Below the pieces are notes generated by a model, which made no database searches, was not told where the DNA came from, and worked only from the letters and a program-made list of their open reading frames with translations. The position numbers and the translations under genes are program-made. Below, piece by piece: positions 30,667 through 39,633 of a stretch of 64,000 nt of DNA (positions are counted from its first letter, which is position 1; each line of letters starts with the position of its first letter). The stretch is from an uncultured Gemmatimonadales bacterium (lineage in GTDB: Bacteria > Gemmatimonadota > Gemmatimonadetes > Gemmatimonadales > GWC2-71-9), in assembly GCA_963748815.1 (NCBI GenBank), contig CAVVKJ010000010.1:224001-288000 (forward strand). Reading direction: 5' to 3'.

Positions 30667-31832
30667 TGCAAATCCTCAAAAGTGCCGCGGACGACGGCGC
30701 GGCCGTCCACCAGGTGCCAGCGTCCCATGGCCATCACGTCGGTCAGGTCCCCGTTGGGGTTGAGGATCACGAGGTCGGCGTCGCCACCGGCCTCGATCCG
30801 CCCCTTGTCGGGAAGGCGGAGGAGATCGGCGGGATTCGAGGTGAAGGCGGGGAGCACTCGCTCGAGCGGCTGCCCCCGGTCCAGCAGCTCGCGCAACGCC
30901 GCCGCCAGCGCGCCCGGACTGCCGACATCCATGTCGGTCACGCGACCGTCGGCATCGAAGACGGGGAGGCATCCGCCGCCGTCCGAGCTCACGGTAATCC
31001 GCTCCGGCGGCAATCCGGCGCCGAGATACTGGAGCAGCGCGTCCTCGGCGGACCAGGCATCCTCCTCCGGGCCGACGGGGAACGCGGTCAGGTCGATCCA
31101 GCCGCCGCGCTCGGCGAACTGCATCGCCTCCTCGAAGAGGGCGCGGCGGCGGTTCACATGGGTGGGATTGAAAACGCGGGGGGGAAGTTCACTGGCGTCG
31201 AGTGCCTCGTCGATCAACTGGAGGCCGCGGGCGCCGTCGCCAAGGTGGAGGTGGACGATGCCGGCCTTGCCGGTCATCAGTCCCGCAACGTGCGCCTCGC
31301 TCGCAAGCCGGAGCAGCTCGTCGCGCGTCGGCTGGCTGGATCGGTGGTCGCTCAGGGCGACTTCGCCGATCCCGATGACGCGGTCGATGTGCACGATGTC
31401 GCCGCGGACCGATCCGGTGAGCGTGGTCGGCGGGAGGTGGTAGCCACCGGTATGGCACCAGGCGCTCAACCCTTCCGCGACCAGCCCCCGCGCCGCCGCC
31501 ACCAGCGACGCGGTGCTGCGGGTCACGTCATCGGTGCCGAGGACACCGACCACCGTCGTGACGCCGCCGCGCGTGAAGCGCGTCAACGGCACCGGCGGGA
31601 CGCGGCTCTCCGGTCCGGACTCGCCGCCCCCGCCGGTCAGGTGGACATGGCCATCCACGAGGCCCGGAATGACACGGCGGCCGCCGAAATCGCGCTCCAC
31701 GACCCCGAGTGACGCCGGGAGCGCCGGGACCTCGCGCCCCAGCCAGAGCACCTTGCCGCCGCCGACCAGGATGTGGCGGGCGTCGCGAGGCTCCGGTGCG
31801 TAGATCTCGACGTTTCTCAGCAGCGTCAACAT
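30663..31832 (-). CDS. iadA: Isoaspartyl dipeptidase (beta-aspartyl peptidase)
   Basis: HVHLTGGGGE, GVLGTD, GEVALSDHRSSQP, PTHVNR, SSDGGG. Confidence 0.94.
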   Translation of the reverse strand: MLTLLRNVEIYAPEPRDARHILVGGGKVLWLGREVPALPASLGVVERDFGGRRVIPGLVDGHVHLTGGGGESGPESRVPPVPLTRFTRGGVTTVVGVLGTDDVTRSTASLVAAARGLVAEGLSAWCHTGGYHLPPTTLTGSVRGDIVHIDRVIGIGEVALSDHRSSQPTRDELLRLASEAHVAGLMTGKAGIVHLHLGDGARGLQLIDEALDASELPPRVFNPTHVNRRRALFEEAMQFAERGGWIDLTAFPVGPEEDAWSAEDALLQYLGAGLPPERITVSSDGGGCLPVFDADGRVTDMDVGSPGALAAALRELLDRGQPLERVLPAFTSNPADLLRLPDKGRIEAGGDADLVILNPNGDLTDVMAMGRWHLVDGRAVVRGTFEDLQ

Positions 31833-31901
31833 GCGTCGGAATGACTCCGTCAGCGCAGGGGGGAGCGGGATAATACCGCCGATGAGGCGTATATTGGAAG
31901 G

Positions 31902-32510
31902 ATGAAAACCCCTTCATTCCTCCCGGTGACGCTCACCGGCACAGCGGTCGTGCTCGAGCCGCTCGGCGAACGCCACTGGCCCGGTTTGCTGGCCGTCGGA
32001 CTCGCGTCGGAGCTCTGGGAATGGACCATCGAGCGCATCGAGGACGAAGCCGGCCTGCGCCGCTGGTTCGAGGAAGCACTCCGTGCAGGGGCGGAGGGTC
32101 GGGCCGTGCCGTTCGCGACCGTGCTGCGGCCGTCGGGCCAGGTGGTCGGTGCGACCCGGTTCGGCGCTCTCGACGCCCAGAACCGTCGCGTCGAAATCGG
32201 GTGGACGTGGGTCGCCCCCGCCTGGCAGCGGACGGGGGTCAATCCCGAGGCAAAGTACCTCATGCTCGAGCACGCCTTCGAGGTCTGGGGCTGCCATCGG
32301 GTGGAATTGAAGACCGACGCGCTCAACCAGGCGTCCCGCGGGGCGATGCTCCGGCTCGGGGCGCGGGAGGAGGGGGTCTTCCGGAAGTACCAGCTGCGGC
32401 AGGATGGCCGGGTCCGCGATACCGCCTGGTACGCCATCACCGCCGGGGACTGGCCCGAGGTCAAGGCCGGGCTGGCGCGACGGTTGTGGCAGCCACCTCC
32501 GGCGCGTTAG
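31902..32510 (+). CDS. GNAT (RimJ/RimL-like) N-acetyltransferase
   Basis: EIGWTW...QRTGVN.EAK.LML..AFE...RVELKTD..N..SR.A..RLGA..EG. Confidence 0.88.
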   Translation: MKTPSFLPVTLTGTAVVLEPLGERHWPGLLAVGLASELWEWTIERIEDEAGLRRWFEEALRAGAEGRAVPFATVLRPSGQVVGATRFGALDAQNRRVEIGWTWVAPAWQRTGVNPEAKYLMLEHAFEVWGCHRVELKTDALNQASRGAMLRLGAREEGVFRKYQLRQDGRVRDTAWYAITAGDWPEVKAGLARRLWQPPPAR

Positions 32511-32554
32511 CTTGCCCCATCCAAGGTCCACCACTCTCACCGATTGAAATCGCG

Positions 32555-34033
32555 ATGCCCCTGACGACTTCTCTCCGCAAGGCCGACCTCGCCTCGGTCG
32601 CGACTCCGATGCTCATCGTCGCGGTGCCGCAGGGTCCGCGCCCCGCGTCGCTCGACTCGCTCGACCGCGCCGTCGGGGGAGCCATCACCCGCGTATACGC
32701 CGCCGGCGACTTCGCTGGCAAGAAGGACCAGGTGGCGTTCATCTACCCCGACGGCCCGGCTGGCCGGGTGCTTCTCGTCGGCGCCGGCGAGGCGGCGAAG
32801 AGCTCCACCCGGTCGCTCCGCCGCGCGGCGGCGGTCGGCGGGAAACGGGCGCGCCTCGCCGGTGTCACCGATGCGGCGTACCACCTGACCCCGGAAGCCC
32901 GCGGGTCGGTGCCCGAGGCCGATGCCGTGCAGGCCACCGCCGAAGGGGTGATCTATGGTGCGTGGCACTTTGATGCGCTGAAGCTGCCTCCGGAAGAAGC
33001 CAGGCCTGCGCTGGAGCGCATGGAGATTCTCGCCCACGGGGCGGCCGCCGAGGCGGGGCATGGCCTTGGCGCTGCGATCGGCGCCGCGCAGGCGTTCACG
33101 CGCGGGCTGCAGGTCCTCCCGAGCAACACGTGCACTCCGTCGTTCCTGGCGGCGCAGGCGCAGGACCTCGCGACCCGCCACAAGTTCGGGATTACGGTGC
33201 TTGACCGCGCGGCCATCGAGAAGGAAGGGATGGGCGCCCTGCTCGCCGTCGGGAAGGGAAGCGCGGAAGATCCGCGATTCATCGCCCTCGAATACAAGGG
33301 CGGGGCGGGCGCGCCGATCGTCCTGGTCGGAAAGGGCGTCACCTTCGACACCGGCGGCATCTCGATCAAGCCCGCCGAGCGCATGGAAGACATGAAGTTT
33401 GACATGTCCGGCGCCGCCGCGGTGCTGGGGGCGTTCGAGGCCATCGGGCGGCTCCGCCCCAAGGCGCACGTCATCGGCCTGATCCCCTCGGCGGAAAACA
33501 TGCTGTCCGGCACTGCCTACAAGCCAGGCGACGTGGTGCGCGCCATGTCCGGCAAGCACATCGAGGTGATCAACACCGACGCGGAGGGCCGCCTCCTCCT
33601 GGCAGACGCGTTGCACTACGCCCGGCGCTACAATCCCGCCTGCGTCATCGACGTCGCCACGCTGACCGGCGCCGTCGTGAGCGCGCTCGGCCACACCGCG
33701 GCGGCCGTCATCGGGACCGACGACGCACTCATCGACGAAATCCGCCGGGCCGGCGAGCGGTCGGGGGAGCGGGTGTGGCAGCTGCCCCTGTGGGACGAGT
33801 TCCGGGAGCACATCAAGTCGGACATTGCCGACGTGAAGAACTCCGGTGGCCGGCCGGCCGGGACGATCACCGCGGCCTGGTTCCTCCGTGAGTTCGCGGA
33901 GGGGTACCTCTGGGCGCATCTCGACATCGCCGGGACGGCCTACACCCAGAGCGAGGATGCCGGCTCGGTGAAGGGGCCAACCGGGATGGGCGTGCGGCTC
34001 TTCGCCGAGTTCGTCCTGGCCCGACAGGGGTGA
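32555..34033 (+). CDS. pepA: Leucyl aminopeptidase (M17)
   Basis: GKGVTFDTGGISIK, MKFDMSG, NTDAEGRL, ATLTGA, WAHLDIAG. Confidence 0.95.
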   Translation: MPLTTSLRKADLASVATPMLIVAVPQGPRPASLDSLDRAVGGAITRVYAAGDFAGKKDQVAFIYPDGPAGRVLLVGAGEAAKSSTRSLRRAAAVGGKRARLAGVTDAAYHLTPEARGSVPEADAVQATAEGVIYGAWHFDALKLPPEEARPALERMEILAHGAAAEAGHGLGAAIGAAQAFTRGLQVLPSNTCTPSFLAAQAQDLATRHKFGITVLDRAAIEKEGMGALLAVGKGSAEDPRFIALEYKGGAGAPIVLVGKGVTFDTGGISIKPAERMEDMKFDMSGAAAVLGAFEAIGRLRPKAHVIGLIPSAENMLSGTAYKPGDVVRAMSGKHIEVINTDAEGRLLLADALHYARRYNPACVIDVATLTGAVVSALGHTAAAVIGTDDALIDEIRRAGERSGERVWQLPLWDEFREHIKSDIADVKNSGGRPAGTITAAWFLREFAEGYLWAHLDIAGTAYTQSEDAGSVKGPTGMGVRLFAEFVLARQG

Positions 34034-35835
34034 CGCGCCGCCGTTGGGTTCCTGCGGTTGGGCTGGCCCTGCTGGGTTGTCTCGCCGGGACTGCGGTCGA
34101 GGCGCAGTCGCCGGAGCAGATGGCGGCCGATTCCCAGCGGAACGCCGCCGATACGGTCAACCTGAGCGCCCGCTACCTCGAAGGGCAGGCGCTGGCGAAG
34201 GTCCGCCTCCCGGTGGCGCCCCGCCTCGATCCCGACGGTGTGATGCCGACCGGGTCCCGCGTCGTGCTCGATCATCACGCCATCCAGTGGTCCACTGCCG
34301 AGACGGTGTCGGAGCTGCTCCTGGAAGTGCCCGGGCTGTATCTCTGGCGCGGCGGGTGGCTCGGCCGTCCCGAGTACGCCAGCTACCAGGGCCGGGGGGC
34401 GACCTCGGTCGAGTACTTCCTCGACGGTCTTCCGATGACGCCGGTTGGTCCCGATTCCGTCGGGATCGATCCGGCGCTCCTGCCGATCAATCTCCTCGAT
34501 CGCGTGGAAATCGAACGGTGGGCCGGGCTGCTCCGGGTTCGGCTCTACACGCCGCGCCACGACGTGGCGGCCGCGGGTACCGACATTCTCGTCGCCACCG
34601 GCGACGGGAGCTTCTCGCGCTACGGCGGTCGCATTCAGAAGCGGTTCCGGTCCGGGATCGGCTACGCGCTGGCGGCCGACTACTGGGATGCCTTGACGAA
34701 CGACGCCGCCTCGAGCGCCGCGCAGGAAACGAATGTCTGGTTCCAGCTCAGCTACCTCGGGGGCGAGCGCTGGGGCCTGCAGTACCAATACGTGATGCAG
34801 TCGCCCAACCGGGAGGCATACGTCACGAACGCGGGCGACAGCATCGGGGCGGGGGTGAAGGGCACCCGGGGCGACATGCAGTTGCGGGCCTTCCTGAAGG
34901 GGGGCAGCGGGGACCTCACTCGGCAGGCCGACCTCGTCTTCTCCTCTACCGGGTGGTCGGGGAGCGACGTGTCCCAGCGCGTCAACGGCGTTGGCGTCGT
35001 GGCGTCGTGGCGGAAGCCGACGATGTCCGCCTCCGTCAGCGGATTCCTCCGGTCGCGGTGGACCAACGCCGAACTTCGGGGGACCGCCGGGTGGGCGCCG
35101 ACCCGTGCGGTCAGCGCGAGCCTCGAGGCGGAGTGGATTTCCTATGACAACAGCCGGTCCAGTCAATGGCTGGGCGCGCGGGCAGGGCTGGCGCTCCCGT
35201 ACGGGTTTGACCTGAGCGGGTCGGCCCGCGTGGGCAAGGTCGTCGCCGCTCCCGCCATCGAGACGAGCGAGGCGCAGGACATCGGCGACCTCACCGCGAC
35301 GCTCGGCTGGCAGCGGTCCTGGCTCTCGCTCACCGCCGACGTCTCGCAGACCAGCGCCTTCCAGGGACTCGCGCCGCAGCCCTACCTCAACGTGCCCGGG
35401 CTGGCCACGACGCCATCGACCACCTGGCTGTCGGTCGGCGGTCGGCTCGCGCCGATTCCGTGGGTCATTCTCGAGAGCCGCTACAGCAACCCCACCTCCG
35501 GCACGCCGAACGGCAATCCGCCGACCCACTCACTCACCACGGCGACGATTCGGTCGAAGTTTTTCCGGACCTTCAAGAGCGGCTCCTTCGACCTTAAGGC
35601 CCAGATCGGCGTCGAGTCCTGGGGCGACGGCGTCATCGGCCTCGACGCGACCTCGGCCCCGATCCGACTCAACGGCGCGACGTTTCTCAGGGCCTACCTG
35701 GAGCTGGAAATCGGCAGCTTCCAGTTCTACTACGACCGGATGAACCTGGCCGGCACCGACCAGACGTATGTGCCTGGCTACGTAATCCCGCCCTACGGAA
35801 GCACTTACGGTGTTCGCTGGTCGTTCGTGAACTAG
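34030..35835 (+). CDS. Outer-membrane beta-barrel with TonB-receptor-like plug domain
   Basis: Signal peptide; plug-like LLLEVPGL...YFLDG..M...LDRVEIER; ends YGVRWSFVN. Confidence 0.7.
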   Translation: MTRRRWVPAVGLALLGCLAGTAVEAQSPEQMAADSQRNAADTVNLSARYLEGQALAKVRLPVAPRLDPDGVMPTGSRVVLDHHAIQWSTAETVSELLLEVPGLYLWRGGWLGRPEYASYQGRGATSVEYFLDGLPMTPVGPDSVGIDPALLPINLLDRVEIERWAGLLRVRLYTPRHDVAAAGTDILVATGDGSFSRYGGRIQKRFRSGIGYALAADYWDALTNDAASSAAQETNVWFQLSYLGGERWGLQYQYVMQSPNREAYVTNAGDSIGAGVKGTRGDMQLRAFLKGGSGDLTRQADLVFSSTGWSGSDVSQRVNGVGVVASWRKPTMSASVSGFLRSRWTNAELRGTAGWAPTRAVSASLEAEWISYDNSRSSQWLGARAGLALPYGFDLSGSARVGKVVAAPAIETSEAQDIGDLTATLGWQRSWLSLTADVSQTSAFQGLAPQPYLNVPGLATTPSTTWLSVGGRLAPIPWVILESRYSNPTSGTPNGNPPTHSLTTATIRSKFFRTFKSGSFDLKAQIGVESWGDGVIGLDATSAPIRLNGATFLRAYLELEIGSFQFYYDRMNLAGTDQTYVPGYVIPPYGSTYGVRWSFVN

Positions 35836-35843
35836 CCACTTCG

Positions 35844-35867
35844 GCTTCCCCGCTTCCCCGCTTCCCC
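35844..35867 (+). repeat. Tandem 8-mer (GCTTCCCC)x3
   Basis: Direct reading of the intergenic sequence. Confidence 0.8.
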
Positions 35868-35942
35868 GCCTTACTTCCCGACCTGTCCAGTGGTCTCCAA
35901 ACCCGCTATCTTTACATGCTTTACCAGAATCGCGGGGGTTGC

Positions 35943-36818
35943 GTGCCGCACAGCATGACCGGGTTCGGAGCGGGGGAAGGGAACGCGGCTGGCGGACGGC
36001 TCCGGATCGAAATCCGGACGGTCAACCACCGCTTCTTCAACTTGTCCGCCAAGCTCCCCTCGGACCTGTCGGCGCTGGAGTCGGAGTTGCGGGAGCGGCT
36101 CCGCAGGGATCTCGAGCGCGGCCACATCAGCGTCGGCGTGCGGTGGGTCGAATCCCCGGCCCGCGAAGCGGCGCTCGCGCTGAACATGGAGCGGGCGCGG
36201 GTGGTGGTGGCCCGGCTCCGGGAATTGCAGACGAGTCTCGGGTTGGTCGGCGAGGTCTCACTCGACCTGGTCGCCCGGCAGCCCGAGGTGCTGGTGTTCG
36301 ACGGGAGCGAGATTCCCGCGGTGACCTGGGCCGAATTCGAACCGATCGTGCTCGCCGCCATCGTCGAGTGCACCGCGATGCGCCGACGCGAGGGGGCGGC
36401 ACTGGCCGCGGAGCTGGCGCATCGGCTCAACCTGCTGGAGTCCGCTGGTCGGCGCGTGGCGGAGCTGGCGCCCGCGCGGTTGCCCCGGGAGCGGGACCGG
36501 CTGCGGAGCGCCGTGACCGAGCTGCTCGACGGCCGGGCCGTGGACGACGCCCGCCTGGCGCAGGAGCTCGCCGTGCTGGCCGACAAGCTGGACATCACCG
36601 AGGAACTGGTGCGCTTCGCGTCGCACCTGGCCGCCTGCCGCGCCGCGCTGGCCAGCGATGGCGCCGTCGGCAAGCAGCTCGGGTTCCTGGCGCAGGAACT
36701 TGGCCGGGAAATCAACACGATGGGCGCCAAGGCCAACGACGCGGACATTTCGCAGCAGGTCATCCTGATGAAGGGCGAGATGGAAAAGTTCCGCGAGCAG
36801 CTGGAAAACCTCGAGTGA
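35943..36818 (+). CDS. yicC: YicC/YloC family endoribonuclease
   Basis: SMTGFG, RTVNHRF, DITEELVR, LGFLAQELGREINTMGAK, EKFREQLENLE. Confidence 0.93.
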   Translation: MPHSMTGFGAGEGNAAGGRLRIEIRTVNHRFFNLSAKLPSDLSALESELRERLRRDLERGHISVGVRWVESPAREAALALNMERARVVVARLRELQTSLGLVGEVSLDLVARQPEVLVFDGSEIPAVTWAEFEPIVLAAIVECTAMRRREGAALAAELAHRLNLLESAGRRVAELAPARLPRERDRLRSAVTELLDGRAVDDARLAQELAVLADKLDITEELVRFASHLAACRAALASDGAVGKQLGFLAQELGREINTMGAKANDADISQQVILMKGEMEKFREQLENLE

Positions 36819-37456
36819 CGCCGTTCCTCCTGGTGCTCTCGTCGCCCTCTGGCGGCGGCAAGACCACCATCGCCCGGTCGCTGCTGCAGGCCCGGAGCGA
36901 CGTGGGTTACTCGGTGTCGGCCACGACGCGCGCGCCGCGGCACGGCGAGCGGGACGGGCACGATTACCACTTCCTGAGCGCGGCCGAGTTCGAGCGGCGG
37001 GTGGTGGCGGGCGAGTTCCTCGAGCACGCGACCTACGGCGGCCACCGCTACGGGACGCTGCGCTCGGAAATCGACCGGGTGCTCGGCGGCGGTCGCCACG
37101 CGGTGCTCGACATCGAGGTGGAGGGCGCCCGGCAGGTGCTGGAGCGGATGCCGGACGCGGTGCGCGTCTTCGTCCTCCCGCCGTCCGCCAAGGTGCTCGT
37201 GGAGCGGCTCCGGGCCCGCGACACCGAGACGCCCGAGGCGCGGCGCACCCGGCTGGCGCGGGCGGCGGAAGAGCTGATGGCGGTGACGGAATACGACTAC
37301 GTGGTGATCAACGAACACCTGCGGGACGCGGTGAATGCCGTCGGGGCCATCCTCGACGCCGAGACGAGGCGGGTGGCGCGTCGGCGCGACCTCACGGGAT
37401 TCGTGGAGCTTTTGCGCCAGGGCGTCGCCTCGGCGGCCCAGGGCGACAGTGTATGA
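36815..37456 (+). CDS. gmk: Guanylate kinase
   Basis: SSPSGGGKTT, SVSATTRAPR, DYHF, YGT. Confidence 0.95.
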   Translation: MTPFLLVLSSPSGGGKTTIARSLLQARSDVGYSVSATTRAPRHGERDGHDYHFLSAAEFERRVVAGEFLEHATYGGHRYGTLRSEIDRVLGGGRHAVLDIEVEGARQVLERMPDAVRVFVLPPSAKVLVERLRARDTETPEARRTRLARAAEELMAVTEYDYVVINEHLRDAVNAVGAILDAETRRVARRRDLTGFVELLRQGVASAAQGDSV

Positions 37457-37478
37457 CCAACCAAGGGAGCAGGAACCA

Positions 37479-37691
37479 ATGAAGATCTACACCCCGGTGG
37501 ATGCGGCTCGGAAGGCCGGCAACAAGTATCTCGGCGTCCTGGTCGCGGCCAAGTTCGCACGGTACCTGAACGAGTTCCCGCGCGACCACCTCGACACCGG
37601 CGACGAGAAGCTGACCACCACCGCGCTCGAGTCGCTGACGTTCGGCGGGCTCGAGTACAAGATGATCCGCCGCCGCCGCTCCGAGGCGTAG
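37479..37691 (+). CDS. rpoZ: RNA polymerase omega subunit
   Basis: NKYLGVLVAAKFAR; conserved gmk-rpoZ-coaBC position. Confidence 0.8.
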   Translation: MKIYTPVDAARKAGNKYLGVLVAAKFARYLNEFPRDHLDTGDEKLTTTALESLTFGGLEYKMIRRRRSEA

Positions 37692-38888
37692 GTGTGGTCC
37701 GGCCGGCACGTCGTTCTCGGCGTGTCGGGCGGGATCGCGTGCTATAAGAGCTGCATTCTTGCCCGACGCCTGACCGAGGCAGGGGCGCGGGTGGATGTCG
37801 TCCTCACGCGTGCCGCCGCGGAGTTCGTGCGGCCGCTGACGTTTGAAGCACTGACCGGGCGCCCGGTCCTGACTTCCCTCTGGGAGGCGGACCGGGCGCT
37901 CGCGCACATCCGCCTGGCCGACGACGCCGACCTCGTGATCCTCGCCCCGGCCACGGCGCAGCTCCTCGCCCGCGCCGCGCAGGGCATCGCCGACGACGTC
38001 CTCACGGCCATGCTCCTCGCCCGCACGGGGCCGGTGCTCGTCGCCCCCGCCATGAACGACGCGATGTACGCGCACGACGCGACGACTCGCAACGTCGCAA
38101 CCCTTGCCGCCCGGGGCTGGGCCTTCGTCGGGCCCGAGGTCGGGCCCCTCGCCGAGGGCCCCTCGGACCGGCCGGGTCGCATGAGCGAACCGGAAACGAT
38201 CTTCGCCCACGCGGCGCGGGTGCTCCGCCGAGGGAGCGCGCTGGCGGGTCGGACCGTGGTAGTGACCGCCGGCCCCACGCGTGAGCCGATCGACCCGGTG
38301 CGGGTGGTGACCAACCGGTCCAGCGGCAAGATGGGGTACCGGCTCGCCGAGGCGGCATGGGAGCGCGGTGCCGACGTCGTGCTGGTCAGCGGCCCGGTCA
38401 CCCTCAAGGCCCCGGTCGGTGTGCGGCTCCGCTCGGTGGAAACCACCGACGATCTGGAACAGGTAGTGGCAGAGGAACTTCCCGGGGCCGATGTCCTGAT
38501 CATGGCCGCCGCGCCCGCCGACTATCGACCCTCCAGTCCGAGCACCGCCAAGCGGCCGCGCACCGATGGCGCACTCGCCATCCCGATGGAACCGACCGCC
38601 GACATTCTCCGCGCCACCGTCGCGGTGCGCAAGGCGGGAAGCGTCATCGTCGGTTTCGCGCTGGAGACGGGGGACGCGATCCAGAAGGCGCGGACCAAGC
38701 TCGAGGGGAAGGCACTCGACCTGATCGTCGTGAACGACGCGCTGGAACCGGGCGCCGGATTCGATGTGGACACGAACCGCGTAGCGATCCTCGACCGCGA
38801 AGGCAACGCGCGCGTCGTGCCGCTGGCCTCGAAGCGCGAGGTGGCCGACACCATCCTCGACGCCGTGGAGGCACGCATTGTCGGATAA
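37692..38888 (+). CDS. coaBC: Bifunctional PPC decarboxylase/ligase
   Basis: GVSGGIACYK, APAMN, TAGPTREPIDPVR..TNRSSGKMG, VGFALET. Confidence 0.95.
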   Translation: MWSGRHVVLGVSGGIACYKSCILARRLTEAGARVDVVLTRAAAEFVRPLTFEALTGRPVLTSLWEADRALAHIRLADDADLVILAPATAQLLARAAQGIADDVLTAMLLARTGPVLVAPAMNDAMYAHDATTRNVATLAARGWAFVGPEVGPLAEGPSDRPGRMSEPETIFAHAARVLRRGSALAGRTVVVTAGPTREPIDPVRVVTNRSSGKMGYRLAEAAWERGADVVLVSGPVTLKAPVGVRLRSVETTDDLEQVVAEELPGADVLIMAAAPADYRPSSPSTAKRPRTDGALAIPMEPTADILRATVAVRKAGSVIVGFALETGDAIQKARTKLEGKALDLIVVNDALEPGAGFDVDTNRVAILDREGNARVVPLASKREVADTILDAVEARIVG

Positions 38889-39633
38889 GTGGCAGGCCTA
38901 CCTTCGGCAGCAGATGGAACTCGGTGGCGGGGAGATTTATCTGGCCGAAGGGGCGGGAAAGCGGGGAAGCGGGGAAGCGAACGCGCCGGCCGTCAACTGG
39001 CGGAAGGGTGCTCCCCCGATTCCCGGTCCCGGCCTCACCATCGACCTGCCAACGCCCGACCTCCTTGGAGACGGACTGGGCAGCCTCGACACGCTGGCCG
39101 CCATCGCCGGGCGGATTGCGGGCTGCACTCGGTGCGGGCTGTCGAAGACGCGGAATAAGACCGTGCCGGGCGAGGGAAATCCCTCAGCTGAACTGATGCT
39201 TGTCGGGGAAGGGCCGGGCGCGACAGAGGACGAAACCGGGCGGCCGTTTGTGGGCGCCGCCGGCGACCTCCTGACCCAGATCCTCGGCTCTATCGGGATC
39301 CCCCGGGAGAGTGTATTCATTGCCAATGTCGTGAAGTGCCGGCCCCCGCAGAACCGGAAGCCGTTGCCGGACGAGTCCACCGCCTGCCTCCCGTACCTCC
39401 GCCGACAGGTGCAGCTGGTCCGCCCGAAGGTGATCCTGGCGCTCGGCGCCACCGCCGCGGAGTCGCTCCTCGGCGTCCGGAAGAGCCTCGGCGAGCTGCG
39501 CGCCGCCGTGCACAGCTATGGAGGCGTGCCGCTGGTGATCACCTACCATCCGGCCGCACTGCTCCGCAACCCGAATTGGAAGAAGCCGACCTGGGATGAC
39601 GTCCGTATCGCCCGACAGCTCCTCGATCGCTGA
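38878..39633 (+). CDS. Family-4 uracil-DNA glycosylase
   Basis: CTRC, GEGPG, GRPFVG, NVVKCRPPQNR, TYHPAALLRN. Confidence 0.92.
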   Translation: MSDKWQAYLRQQMELGGGEIYLAEGAGKRGSGEANAPAVNWRKGAPPIPGPGLTIDLPTPDLLGDGLGSLDTLAAIAGRIAGCTRCGLSKTRNKTVPGEGNPSAELMLVGEGPGATEDETGRPFVGAAGDLLTQILGSIGIPRESVFIANVVKCRPPQNRKPLPDESTACLPYLRRQVQLVRPKVILALGATAAESLLGVRKSLGELRAAVHSYGGVPLVITYHPAALLRNPNWKKPTWDDVRIARQLLDR

